A stretch of 64,000 nucleotides of DNA from Vulcanimicrobiota bacterium (lineage in GTDB: Bacteria > Vulcanimicrobiota > Vulcanimicrobiia > Eremiobacterales > Eremiobacteraceae): the NCBI GenBank assembly GCA_963812135.1, contig CAWETU010000001.1, positions 64,001 through 128,000 on the forward strand, written 5' to 3'. Shown here piece after piece: positions 30,075 to 40,655 of the stretch (position 1 is the stretch's first letter; the number at the start of each line of letters is the position of its first letter). Under the pieces are notes generated by a model that was given only the letters and a program-made list of their open reading frames with translations, did not search any database and was not told the origin of the DNA. Made by a program: the position numbers and the translations under genes.

Positions 30075-31702
30075 TGAACGTCCGAGAAGCATTGGCGGTA
30101 GAATCGCTGCGCGACGCCCGTCTGGTCGCAGGCGAGCTAGGGCTTGAGCGCGAGGTCCGCTGGGCGCACGTCATCGACATGCCCGACCCGGCCCCGTGGG
30201 TTCGGCCCGGCCAGCTGCTGCTGACCACCGGCTTCGCCTGGCCGAAAAGCGAGCGCGATCAGCGCGCGCAGGTCGAGTCGCTGACCAACGCGGGTTTGGC
30301 CGCGATGGCGCTAGCGGTGCCCCGCTACCTCGAGCACTTCACCGCCGCCGCGAAAGACGAGGCGAACCGGCTGGGGCTGCCGTTGCTCGAGATCCCATTC
30401 GAGATCCCGTTCGCACAAGTCACAGAAGAGCTGCACCGCGCGATCTTGGCCGAGCAATATCGTGTGGTCGAGCGCTCCGAGGAGATCCATCGCGAGCTCA
30501 CGCTCGCGGCGACGCGTGGCTCGAACCTGCGCGACCTCGCGCGCACGTTGGGCGAGTTGCTGTGGCGTTCCGTGACGTTCGAGGACCCCGACGGCAAGCT
30601 GCTTGCGTTCTACGCCTCCGGTGCCGACGAAGATGAAGTGCGCCGCGAGACCGTGCAAAAAGAGCAAAGCCCTCCTTCGATGATCAATGCGATGGAGTCG
30701 AAAGGCCTGCTCGCCGAGATCCGCGCGAGCGCGGGTCCGTTGCGCATCGAAGCGATGCCGGAGATCGGCTTGGCGGGCGCCCGCGTCGTCTGCCCGATCC
30801 GGATCGGCACGGAGCTCGTCGGCCTCGTCTGGATCATCGAAGGCGAATCGGCGCTGTCCGAGCTCGACAATCGAGCCGCCGAACACGCGGCGCTCGTCGC
30901 CGCGCTGCACATCGCGCATCAGCGCGAGCTCGCCAGCACTGAGGCGCGGCTCGGCTACGCATCCTTTCTCTCCCTGCTCGAGAGCGCCGAAGACGATGCG
31001 CAAGCCATCGAACGAGCGCGCCTGCTCGGTTTCGATACGCGCGGGCGCCACCGCGTCGGCCTCGCGGTCATCCCTGAGCCGCTGCCGCTCAGCCGCGAAG
31101 CGTTCTTGCGGCGCGAGCGGGTCGCCGAACAGTTGCGCAATCGCTTGGCGGCTGGTGGAGCCCGCCCGCAATTGACCGCCCAACTCAACCGCGTCGCGTT
31201 CTTGTTGCCGGAGGCGGTGCCGGCGGAGGCGGTTGTCGGCGGCCTCAGCGACGAAGGCGTCACCGTGGTGTTGGGTCGATCGTACACCGGCACGCAGGGC
31301 GCTCGACGCAGCTATCGCGAGGCGCTGTCGCTGCTCAACTATCAGAGCGCGGCGCGCATCCGGACATTTGAAGACGCACTCGTGCCGCGCGTGCTGATGG
31401 GCGATCCCGCTGCCCGCGCCGCGTTCATCGAAGACCTGTTCGGTGCCCTCAAGACGCGCCGCGGCGGAGAGACCTTGACCAAAGCATTGCTCGCGCTCGC
31501 CGCCTCGGGCTTCAATTTTAAGGAGACGGCTGAACGGCTCGGCATCCATCCGAACACGCTTCGTTACAGGCTCACGCGTGCAGTGGAGACGACCCAGCTC
31601 GATCTTGAGAACCCTGATGTTCGCTTCCGATTGCAGCTCGCCGTTCGCGTTTTGGAGTTCCTCTCTAAAGATGAGAAGGAAAATTGTGGTGTCCGGACAT
31701 AG
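30074..31702 (+). CDS. PucR family transcriptional regulator
   Basis: N-terminal PucR domain ('VRWAHVIDMPD...WV..GQLLLTTG'), GAF-like middle, C-terminal HTH 'TAERLGIHPNTLRYRL'. Confidence 0.92.
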   Translation: MNVREALAVESLRDARLVAGELGLEREVRWAHVIDMPDPAPWVRPGQLLLTTGFAWPKSERDQRAQVESLTNAGLAAMALAVPRYLEHFTAAAKDEANRLGLPLLEIPFEIPFAQVTEELHRAILAEQYRVVERSEEIHRELTLAATRGSNLRDLARTLGELLWRSVTFEDPDGKLLAFYASGADEDEVRRETVQKEQSPPSMINAMESKGLLAEIRASAGPLRIEAMPEIGLAGARVVCPIRIGTELVGLVWIIEGESALSELDNRAAEHAALVAALHIAHQRELASTEARLGYASFLSLLESAEDDAQAIERARLLGFDTRGRHRVGLAVIPEPLPLSREAFLRRERVAEQLRNRLAAGGARPQLTAQLNRVAFLLPEAVPAEAVVGGLSDEGVTVVLGRSYTGTQGARRSYREALSLLNYQSAARIRTFEDALVPRVLMGDPAARAAFIEDLFGALKTRRGGETLTKALLALAASGFNFKETAERLGIHPNTLRYRLTRAVETTQLDLENPDVRFRLQLAVRVLEFLSKDEKENCGVRT

Positions 31703-31728
31703 TCGCAGGCTCGGTTTCTTAGTACACT
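31652..31728 (+). promoter_or_regulatory. Putative TonB-receptor-operon promoter: two 17-bp PucR-type boxes (31652-31668, 31684-31700) and a -10 TACACT (31723-31728)
   Basis: TTGTGGtgtccGGACAT, 22 nt, TACACT; upstream quasi-palindrome TTGGAGttcctCTCTAA at 32-bp spacing. Confidence 0.65.
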
Positions 31729-31770
31729 CTTAACCAATAACCGCCTTGACTGTCTGTCAGGAGTTATCGC

Positions 31771-34700
31771 ATGTCGTTCAATCGGTTTGCGGTCGCGTGC
31801 ACAGCGGCCGTTTGTCTTTTCGGCCTCGCGACGCCCGGCATGTCCGGCACAACGGGAGGCATCACAGGTAGGGTGCTGGACGCGACATCGAACGCTCCTG
31901 TCGCCGACGCCGCCATCTCGGCGACGTCGCCCTCGCAAAACGCGACGACGAAGAGCGATGCTGACGGACATTTCAATTTCATCTCGCTCGGTCCAGACAC
32001 GTATACGGTGACCGCCTCGAAGACCGGGTACGCAGCGCAAAGCGTCCCCGGCATCACCGTCATCTCGGACCAGACGCGCACCGTCACCATCGTCTTGCAG
32101 CGCGCGGTCAGGACCATCGGCACCGTTACCGCAACAGGCAGCACCTCGCTCGTGCGTCCTGGCACCACCAGCAACGTCTTCTCTATCAACGCTGCCGGTC
32201 AAAAGGCGACCGCTGCGCTTGCGGGCGCCGGCGGTTTGAACCAGGCGTATGGCGCGATATCGAGCGCGCCGGGCGTGATCTATCAGCAAGGCCAGCAGGG
32301 CTGGTATCAAAACGTGTACATCCGCGGCGGCGACAACGATCAGGTCGCGTACGAGCTCGATGGCATCCCGGTGATGCGTGTGTCGGACAGCGCGCCCGTC
32401 TCAACGCTCTCCAATCTCGGGCAAGCGGAAGTGCAGGTCTACACCGGCGGCACGCCGGCTTCAGCGGAAGCATCCGGCTTGTCGGGCTACGTCAATCAAG
32501 TCATCCGCACCGGCACGTATCCGGCGTTCGGAGACATCAACTTGGGGATCGGTTCGCCGGCACTGTACAACCGCGCGCTCGAGGAGGTCGGCGGCGCGAC
32601 CCCCGATCGCCGCTTCAGCTACTACGTCGGCTTCGCGAACTCGGCCCAAACCTTCCGCTACGGAAATCAGAACAACGGCGCAGGCGACCCGTTGTTCTTC
32701 TTCCCCATGTCGATCGGCGCGCCGCTCAACGGCACGGTGTATGACGGCAACACGAACGGGGGTGCGAACCCGGCGTACTTCGCGCCTGGCGTGATCTACG
32801 CTCAGGCGGCGAACACAGACCAAGAGGCGATCGTCAACTTGCACTTCGGCTTGGCGCACAAATACGATACGGGCAAGGACGACATCCAAGCGCTCTACAT
32901 CTACAGCAACATCTTGCAGACCTTCTACAGCTCCCAAAACGACATCGGTCTGAACGACCCCTCGACGCTGCTCAACGTGTATGGCTCGAGCCCGATGACG
33001 TTCCTCGACATCCCCGTCTATAACGGCGCTGTCTTCGCGCCACCGAATCAGGCCAACGTCGAGACGATGCTCTTCCCCAACACGGGAACGGATCGCATGC
33101 CGCTCTCGGCGATCCCGCAGAGCCAGCGTGAGGGATCGCAAAACGGCATGGCGCTGTTCAAACTCCAATACCAGAAGAACTTCAATTCGCAGACGTACTT
33201 GCGCGTGTATGGCGCGGAGAACTACAACTGGTGGTTCATCACCGGACCGGTGAGCGCGAACCTCACGTACGGCGATCAGCTCCCGGATTACGAAGTCATC
33301 GGCCACAACTGGCAAGGCACCGCCATCTTCTCGCGCCAGATGAACGACAAGCACTTGCTCAACGCCACGGTTTCATATCTCACCGGCAAGTTGCAGACCT
33401 ACTCGATGGGATTTACGGACGGGCTTATGACCAATCTCGTCGACAGCGCGGGCAATTGCTATGAGGGAGGGGCCGACGGCAACTACTCGACGTGCTTCGG
33501 GACGAGTAACGATCCGACAGTCGCGCCATTCACCGCGAATCGCGGCAACGCGTGTTCGAGCGCCGGTCCGACCTCGCTACCGCCGTGCGTCTCCAATCTC
33601 ATGCCGGCGATGCCGCCTCCGGGTTCCCCTGCGGCGTTGAACGGCGCACAGTGGCTCATCACCGAAAATGGTCAGAACGCGCAGGTCGACAACGTGCGGC
33701 CTGACTTCCTTTCCGCATCGCTGTCCGACCAATGGCGACCGGGCGACAAGACGACCATCAGCTTGGGCCTGCGTTTGGAAAGCTACACCTACACGCTGCA
33801 GAATTTGGAAGCCGGGTATCCAGCGCGGGCGTTTTGGTTCCAAGCGTACAATCGCGAGTTCTGCTTCGGACCCGGCGTCGGCCCTGGGCTTGGTCTGCAG
33901 CAGACGACGATCGATCCCGGGACCGGATTGCCGGCGGCATGTCCGGCGAACACGTCGCCGGTGAATCTGCAGAACTATACGGGCGGCAAGGTGACCGACG
34001 TCGTGTGGGAGCCGCGCATCGCGTTCACGGAAGCCTTGTCGGCGGACACCGTGATCCGCGGTTCCTACGGCCGCTACTCCCGCCCGGCGCCGACCTCCTA
34101 TCTTGAGTTCAACACCATCCAGCAGAACCTGCCGAGCTTCATCGGCTCGTTCCTCTCGTTCGGTTACAACTCGCCGTTCCACGAGACGCACGCGGACATT
34201 GCGAACAATTACGATCTCTCGATCGAGCAGCACATCCCGCACACGGACATGTCACTCAAGGTCACGCCGTTCTTGCGCAACACGCAGAATCAGATCCAGT
34301 ATCTGTCGCTCAACGCGCAGGGCGTGGTCGACGGCCTCAACGTCGGACAGCAGCGCTCGCAAGGCGTCGAGTTCACGTTCACAAAAGGCAATTTCGCGAG
34401 AGATGGATTGGCCTTGCAGCTCTCCGCGACGTACACGAACAGCACGATCAAGTTCGGCAACTTCCCGAACGGCCGCAACATCGTCGACCTGCTCAACGAC
34501 TACGTCCAGAACTTCAACGCGTACACGTCCGCCTGCGCGACCGCGACCTCAAGCCTAACTGGCCCGTGCGGCCTCGAGGGCAACTCGCTGGCCCACCCCT
34601 GCTTCTTGCCAGGCAGCACGACACCGGACGACCTGTGCGGTGTCGGTTCGATCGCGAACCCCTATTTCGGCCAGCCGATGCAGAAGCTGTTCGATCGCGG

Positions 34701-35304
34701 CGGCTCGTATACGACGTATGACCAGATCCCGGCGCCGTTCAACAACGCGATCGGGTTTGCGACGCCGTTCCAATCGTCGCTCGTGGTCAACTACAAGCAC
34801 GGACCGCTGACGGTGACGCCGAGTCTGACCTACAGCACGCAAGGCAAGTACGGCTCGCCGCTCGTCTGGCCGGGTTACGACCCGACGACGTGCACCGGCA
34901 CGACCGTCGGCAACACCGCAGACCCGCAGACGTGCTCGAACTTCCTCTTCATCCCGGACAAGTACACCGGGCACTTCGACAACCTCGGCGAATTCGCGCA
35001 GCCGCAACGCCTCACGATGGGCTTGCAGCTAGGCTACGAGTTCAGCCAACACGTGAGCACGACGTTGACGTTTGCGAATCTCGTGGATGTGTGCTACCAG
35101 CACCACCAGCCTTGGGATAACGGCTCGACGTGCATGTACGCGCAGCTCGCGTCCAACCTGCTCGCGCCGGCAGGCAACTTCGTCGCAAACCCGCCGGTCC
35201 AGCTCGCGTATCCATACGGCAACTGGTACAACAACATCGAGATCGGCCAAGAGGGCCAGAAGTTGCCGGTCCAGGCGGTGCTGCAAGTCAACTTCAAGTT
35301 GTAA
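31771..35304 (+). CDS. TonB-dependent receptor-like outer membrane protein with N-terminal carboxypeptidase-regulatory-like domain
   Basis: Signal peptide; 'GGITGRVLD...PV..A.I...SDADG.F....L.PDTYTVTASK.GY'; plug 'YIRGG...QV.YELDGIPV'; barrel 'EPRIAF...TVIRGSYGRY'; C-terminal 'VNFKL'. Confidence 0.85.
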   Translation: MSFNRFAVACTAAVCLFGLATPGMSGTTGGITGRVLDATSNAPVADAAISATSPSQNATTKSDADGHFNFISLGPDTYTVTASKTGYAAQSVPGITVISDQTRTVTIVLQRAVRTIGTVTATGSTSLVRPGTTSNVFSINAAGQKATAALAGAGGLNQAYGAISSAPGVIYQQGQQGWYQNVYIRGGDNDQVAYELDGIPVMRVSDSAPVSTLSNLGQAEVQVYTGGTPASAEASGLSGYVNQVIRTGTYPAFGDINLGIGSPALYNRALEEVGGATPDRRFSYYVGFANSAQTFRYGNQNNGAGDPLFFFPMSIGAPLNGTVYDGNTNGGANPAYFAPGVIYAQAANTDQEAIVNLHFGLAHKYDTGKDDIQALYIYSNILQTFYSSQNDIGLNDPSTLLNVYGSSPMTFLDIPVYNGAVFAPPNQANVETMLFPNTGTDRMPLSAIPQSQREGSQNGMALFKLQYQKNFNSQTYLRVYGAENYNWWFITGPVSANLTYGDQLPDYEVIGHNWQGTAIFSRQMNDKHLLNATVSYLTGKLQTYSMGFTDGLMTNLVDSAGNCYEGGADGNYSTCFGTSNDPTVAPFTANRGNACSSAGPTSLPPCVSNLMPAMPPPGSPAALNGAQWLITENGQNAQVDNVRPDFLSASLSDQWRPGDKTTISLGLRLESYTYTLQNLEAGYPARAFWFQAYNREFCFGPGVGPGLGLQQTTIDPGTGLPAACPANTSPVNLQNYTGGKVTDVVWEPRIAFTEALSADTVIRGSYGRYSRPAPTSYLEFNTIQQNLPSFIGSFLSFGYNSPFHETHADIANNYDLSIEQHIPHTDMSLKVTPFLRNTQNQIQYLSLNAQGVVDGLNVGQQRSQGVEFTFTKGNFARDGLALQLSATYTNSTIKFGNFPNGRNIVDLLNDYVQNFNAYTSACATATSSLTGPCGLEGNSLAHPCFLPGSTTPDDLCGVGSIANPYFGQPMQKLFDRGGSYTTYDQIPAPFNNAIGFATPFQSSLVVNYKHGPLTVTPSLTYSTQGKYGSPLVWPGYDPTTCTGTTVGNTADPQTCSNFLFIPDKYTGHFDNLGEFAQPQRLTMGLQLGYEFSQHVSTTLTFANLVDVCYQHHQPWDNGSTCMYAQLASNLLAPAGNFVANPPVQLAYPYGNWYNNIEIGQEGQKLPVQAVLQVNFKL

Positions 35305-35317
35305 GGCGCGATAGTCT

Positions 35318-36942
35318 GTGGCGCGCACCGAGCTCACCGGCCTGCTGCGCCGGATCCACGCGGCGTACCGGGAGACGCAGCGCAGCGGTGTGCCCGTCGA
35401 CGAGGTGTTCGAACTCCAAGCACAGGCGCTCTCGCGACGGCGCTTCATCGCGCAAACAACGGCCGCCCTCGCAACCCTAACTAGCGGTCGAATTTATTCG
35501 ACCGTCGCCGCGGCCGCTAAAAGCGCGCCACGCGTCGCGATCGTCGGCGGCGGCCTGGGCGGCGTGACCTGCGCGTACCGTCTTATGCAAGCCGGCATCC
35601 GCAGCACGATCTACGAGGCGGGCGGCGGACTCGGCGGCCGAACCTGGACGTTGCGCGGTTTCTTTGACGAGGGCCAGACAGCAGAGAACGGCGGCGAATT
35701 CATCTCGAGCGAGCATACCGCGACCCGCGCGCTCGCGGCCGAACTTGGCCTGACGCTCGACGACCTGCGCGCCTGGGATGCACAACAACACGGCGCGCAC
35801 GATGTGTATTGGGTGCGGGGCAGACAGTTATCCGATCAGCGCCATGCTGCGCGACTACGGCGCGGTGTTCCCCAAGCTCGAAAAGGCGAACGCGGCCGCC
35901 GGCGTGACTCGCTACGACCACTACACCAAAGCCGGCTATGAGCTGGACCATATGTCGGCGCGCGCATGGATCGAGCGCAACGTGCCCGGCGGCCTGCAGT
36001 CCGATATCGGCTGGCTGCTCGACATCGATGCGACGACCGAGAACGGCGGCGAATCGAGCGACGCAAAGCTCGCTCGAGCTCATCTACATGCTCGCGGACA
36101 TGCCGTCGCTCAATCCTAAAGGCGGCTTCTGGCTGGTGGGGACCGATGAGCGCTATCGCGTGCGCGAGGGCAACGACCAGATGGTCGCGCGCATGGCGCG
36201 CACGCTTTCCCCAGACTCCGTCAATCTCAACACCCGCCTGCAGGCGTTGCGCCGGCGCGCCGACGGCAGCTACGTGTGCACGTTCTCCGCACCGCAACGG
36301 ACGTTCGACGTTTCCGCCGACCACGTCGTGTTGGCGTTGCCGTTCAAGACGTTGCGCGACTGCGATCTGACGCAGGCGGGTTTTTCGCCGGTGAAGATGG
36401 CGGCCATCAAGCAGATGCCGATGGGCACGAACACCAAGCTGCACGCGCAGTTCAAGCAACGCTCGTGGTTCGCGCGCGGCTCGAACGGCGCGACCTACTC
36501 GGACACTGGCTACCAGCAGACGTGGGAGGACACGCGCGCGCAGTCCGGCGTCGCGGGTGTACTGGTGGATTACACCGGCGGCGATCTCGGCGCGTCGTTC
36601 GACGCCCCTTCGTTCGGACCGGCCGCGCCAGCACTCGTCCAGCGCTTCTTGCACCAGCTCGAGCCGGTGTTACCGGGCATCGGCGCGTTGTGGAACGGCA
36701 AAGCATTTCTGGACAACTGGACCAAAGACCGCTGGCACCGCGGCTCTTACTCGTATTGGGGCATCGGCAATTGCACGACGTTCGTCGGCATCGAACCCGT
36801 GCGCCAGGGTAACGTGCACTTCTGCGGCGAGCAGTGCTCGCTCGCGTTCGGCGGCTTCATGAACGGCGCGGTCGAAACAGGCGAGAGCGTCGCGCATGAG
36901 ATCGTGCACGATGTGAAAGGCGCGTCGCTCCATGCCGTTTGA
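35318..36942 (+). CDS. Flavin-dependent amine oxidase, probably Tat-exported (apparent +1 indels near 35825 and 36063)
   Basis: 'SRRRFI' twin-arginine motif, 'VAIVGGGLGG', 'GGRTWT', 'E.GGEFI', 'GSYSYW', 'HFCGEQ.S..F.GFMNGAVETG' spread over three consecutive frames. Confidence 0.85.
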
Positions 36943-38354
36943 AGGCACCGCAGAGACACTGCCGCAGGCGGGGCTGCGCCGAGACATCCTCGGCTTTTGG
37001 CACATCGCCGCGCAGTCGGTCGCCAACATCGCGCCGTCGGCGACGCCGGCGCTCGTCGTCGCGCTGATCTACGGCATCACCACCAACGGCTCGTGGCTCG
37101 CCTACGTCCTCGCGACGCTCATCCTGTTGCTCGTCGCGCTCAACGTGAATCAATTCGCGCGGCGCTCGGTATCACCGGGTTCGCTCTACACGTTCGTCGC
37201 GCAGGGACTCGGGCCGACCTGGGGCGTCATCTCCGGCTGGTCGATGGTCATCGCGTATCTCATCATCGGCGGTTCGGTGCTCGCGGGCTGCGCGAATTAC
37301 GTGACGGTCATCGCGCACGGTCTGGTCGGAACGAAGTTCGACGGCATCTTGACGATCCTCGCGATGCTGGTCGCAGGCATCGGCGCGTGGTTCATCGCGT
37401 ATCGCGACGTCAAGCTCTCGACGCAGCTCATGCTGGCCATCGAATTCGTGTCGATCGCGCTGATCATGACGCTGTCATTCGTCTACTTCATCAAGCGCGG
37501 TGCCGTGATCGACAATGCGCAGCTGACGCTCGCCGGAGTCACACCCGCTAACGTCGGCCACGCGCTCGTGCTGGCGATCTTCAGCTACGTCGGGTTCGAG
37601 AGCGCCGCGTCGCTCGGACACGAGGCCAAGAACCCACTGCACTCGATTCCACGATCGATCCTGTTCACGGTCATCGCGGTCGGCGCGTACTTCGTGTTCA
37701 CCACCTACGTGATCGTCATGGCGTTCCACGGGCAGAATCCGCCGCTCGATCAGTCCACGGCGCCGCTGAACGTGCTCGCGAACCTCGCGGGCATTCCGAT
37801 CTTCGGGCTGCTCATCTCGATCGGCGTGGCGATCGGCTTCTTCGCATGCGCGTTGGCATGCATCACGGCGGGCTCGCGCGTGCTTTTCACGATGTCGCGC
37901 CATGGTCTGTTCTATGCGGCCGCCGGCGACGCGCACGCGAAGCATGCGACGCCGCATATCGCAGTTACCTATGCGGCGATCGCCGTGCTTGCGGGGCCGC
38001 TCGCGCTGCTCGCAAGCCGCTTCGCGCTGCTCGATATCTTCGGCGATCTCGGCACGCTCGGCACGCTCAGCGTGCTGTTCTCGTACGTGCTGGTGAGCAT
38101 CGCGGCGCCCGTGTACTTGTACCGGCGCGGCGAGCTCAAGCCTTCGGCGGTCATCGTCTCTGTGGTCGCGGTGGCGGCGATGATGCGTCGCGATCGTCGG
38201 CACGGTGCTTGCCGGTGCCGCCGCCGCCGCAGAGCTATATCCCAGCACGTCTTCGTCGTGCTGCTCGCGACTTGGGGTGTCGCGCTTCCTTTATCTACGT
38301 TCGCGCGAACCGAAGATCATCCGCGACATCGAAGCCGACCTGATCGCGAGTTAG
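36932..38354 (+). CDS. APC family permease (several apparent +1 indels at 38185-38275)
   Basis: 'AQSVANIAPS', 'PGSLYTFV', 'SYVGFESAASLG.EAKNP...IPR', 'SRVLF.MSR.G'; the corrected frame ends '...IEADLIAS*' at 38354. Confidence 0.85.
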
Positions 38355-38357
38355 CGA

Positions 38358-38861
38358 CTACTTCCCAAGCTTACGCAGTGGTTTGGGCGGGAAGAGCGCG
38401 TTGATCGTCGCTCCGCCGGGCGACCAGCGCTCCACGTCGAGCAGGCACACGCCGCCCTTCTTGAACTCCAGCGCGAGCTCGGTGTTGCCCGCGACGAGAT
38501 AGCCGATCAGCTTTCCGAGCTGGGGCATGTGCCCGACCAGCGCGACGCGCGAAAGACTTCGCAGCGCACGCAGCTCGGCGGCAGTTTTCGCCGGCTCCGC
38601 GTCCGGTTCGAGCGACTTGAGCGTCTTGATCTTGGCGGGGTCGATGTCGTAGGCTTTGCAGATGCAGAGCGCGGTTTGTCGAGCGCGTGCGTAGCCGCTA
38701 TCGAAGATGTCGTCGATCTCGATGTCGATGCGGCACATGCCGCGCGCGACGCGCGCCATCTCCTTCTCGCCTTCTTCAGAAAGCGGACGCAGCGCATCGT
38801 CGGGATACTTCCTCGAATCGGCCTTGCCGGCATCCGCGTGCCGGACGATGATCGCTTCCAT
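38358..38861 (-). CDS. sixA: Phosphohistidine phosphatase SixA family
   Basis: 'IVRHADA', 'D..RPLS.EG', 'RARQTA', 'LVGHMP', 'FKKGG'. Confidence 0.88.
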   Translation of the reverse strand: MEAIIVRHADAGKADSRKYPDDALRPLSEEGEKEMARVARGMCRIDIEIDDIFDSGYARARQTALCICKAYDIDPAKIKTLKSLEPDAEPAKTAAELRALRSLSRVALVGHMPQLGKLIGYLVAGNTELALEFKKGGVCLLDVERWSPGGATINALFPPKPLRKLGK

Positions 38862-39031
38862 GGCTAGCACGTATCCCTCATTGCGCGCTGGGTATTCGCG
38901 CGCCCACGCAGGTCAGCCCCCCGCTTGGGGAACGGACAAGCAAGCCTTCTCGAAGGTCGTCGGGGAGCCGGGCATGAAGCGCCTTCGACAGGCCCCGTCG
39001 ACACGGTCCGGCATCGTTTTAAGGGAGGCGT

Positions 39032-40458
39032 TTGTTGAAGCGCAGCGCGTTTTGTTTTGCGGCGATTTTCTTCGCCGTGCTTTTCGTCATTGGACGGGCA
39101 CCCGCGTCGGCTGCCATTACGGGCTCGCTCACAGCGACGACGCCGACGTACACCGGGACGTGCCCGACGACCATGAAGTTCACCGGCACCATCTCGGGGT
39201 CGCCTGGCACCACGTTCCAATATAGCTTTATCCATTACATCAGCGGGGCGCAGCAGATCGTGAACGTGGGAGCAGCCACGCTGCCCGCGAGCGGCACCAT
39301 GCCGGTCAACGATTCGATGAGCGTAGCTGCGACGACCGGCGCGAACACATTCGACCAGTTGTGGGTGCACAACATCTCCGGCGCGTTTCAGGCCGATGTC
39401 TATTCCGCGAAAGCAACGTTCTCCGTGACGTGCGGCGCGCAGCCTGGGCCCACGCCGTCAACCGCGGCCGGGGGGTCGAAGTACGCCAAACCAGTGGTAC
39501 CCTTCATCGATCCCGACGATGACGCCGGGAATCCCGCCCGGCCCATCAACATCACGACGAGCGCCGATCCCAAAGTATGCGGCGCGCACATCAGCAATCC
39601 GATCATCGGCGGACTGCTCTGCCAGCCGATCGCCGCATCGAACAAGCTGTTCATCGTCTGGAATTGGCAGCCGCATCCCAAGTGCGCGGCGTGTCCTCAA
39701 GACGTGGATGGTTTCAAGGTCTATCAAACCGATGCGAGCGCCTCGACGATGACGTACTTGAGCAAATCCTCAGCAGGCGCGGGCGTGACCGCGGGCGTGC
39801 TGAACGTACCCGGCGGCGGCTTTCTCTCGAAGTGCTACACGGTGACGGCGTACAAGGGCGCCAAGGAATCGCATCCGGGGTATCGCACGTGCATTGCCGC
39901 TGAGCCCAAGCTCGGCACGACTACCGTGACGTTGCCGGCGGCGCACATCAAGTCGTTCTATTGGTTCCACGACGGGGACCACAACGCATATCAGAACTAC
40001 GGTTATTTGGAAGCCACGCGCGACTTCTATCTTACGAAGGACACTTTGGGAACGACATGATAACCACCGCGCTGGTGCGCGGCGCATTCATGTTCGACTT
40101 AAGTGCGCTCAAAGGCCGCCCTGTGCAAACAGCCACCCTCCATCTGCACGTCAAGGATGGCCAGACAACGAATACCTTCCACCAGACTTCGGTATCGTGC
40201 GGCGACGAAATAGGTACGGGTACGACAGGATGGTGGATCTACGACGACTTCGTTCAAGCGAATTGGCTGGAACCGATATCGAAAGTAGGTCCGAGCGTCG
40301 ATGTCGTCGTGACGGGCCCGGTGCGCAACTGGCTGAACGGCGCGACGAATTATGGGTTCGTGCTTCGCTCGTCGCAGGAAAGCGTGAACTCGGCCGCCAC
40401 TGACATATGCAGCTCCACGTACGATCCGCCCACACTCACCGTGGAGTATTTTAAGTAG
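39032..40458 (+). CDS. Secreted multi-domain hypothetical protein (apparent frameshift near 40050)
   Basis: Signal peptide ('APASA'), Thr/Cys-rich beta domains; continues in another frame with 'FDLSAL....VQTATLHL...VT..VRNWL.G..NYGFVL...PTLTVEY', a DNRLRE-like pattern. Confidence 0.6.
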
Positions 40459-40481
40459 CGGAAGCCTTGATTGAAGGCGTT

Positions 40482-40554
40482 TGGGCGGAACAGGGCTCGA
40501 ACCTGTGACCCCCTCCTTGTAAGGGAGGTGCTCTACCAGCTGAGCTATCCGCCC
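40482..40554 (-). tRNA. tRNA-Val(TAC)
   Basis: GGGCGGATAGCTCAGCTGGTAGAGCACCTCCCT-TAC-AAGGAGGGGGTCACAGGTTCGAGCCCTGTTCCGCCCA; CCA not encoded. Confidence 0.97.
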
Positions 40555-40655
40555 GAAGCCTCTCAGCGATTCGACACGGCGGTGCTCCAACGCTTCGAGA
40601 AAACGACGTCGACCTAGCGCTAGGGTGCTATCGGCGTTCTATCCAACATGCCGAC

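Noticed and set aside
38870..39030. Possible riboswitch or ncRNA between sixA and the secreted protein
   Set aside because: Some GC-rich complementarity, but no family motif I can recognise; an Rfam scan would be needed.
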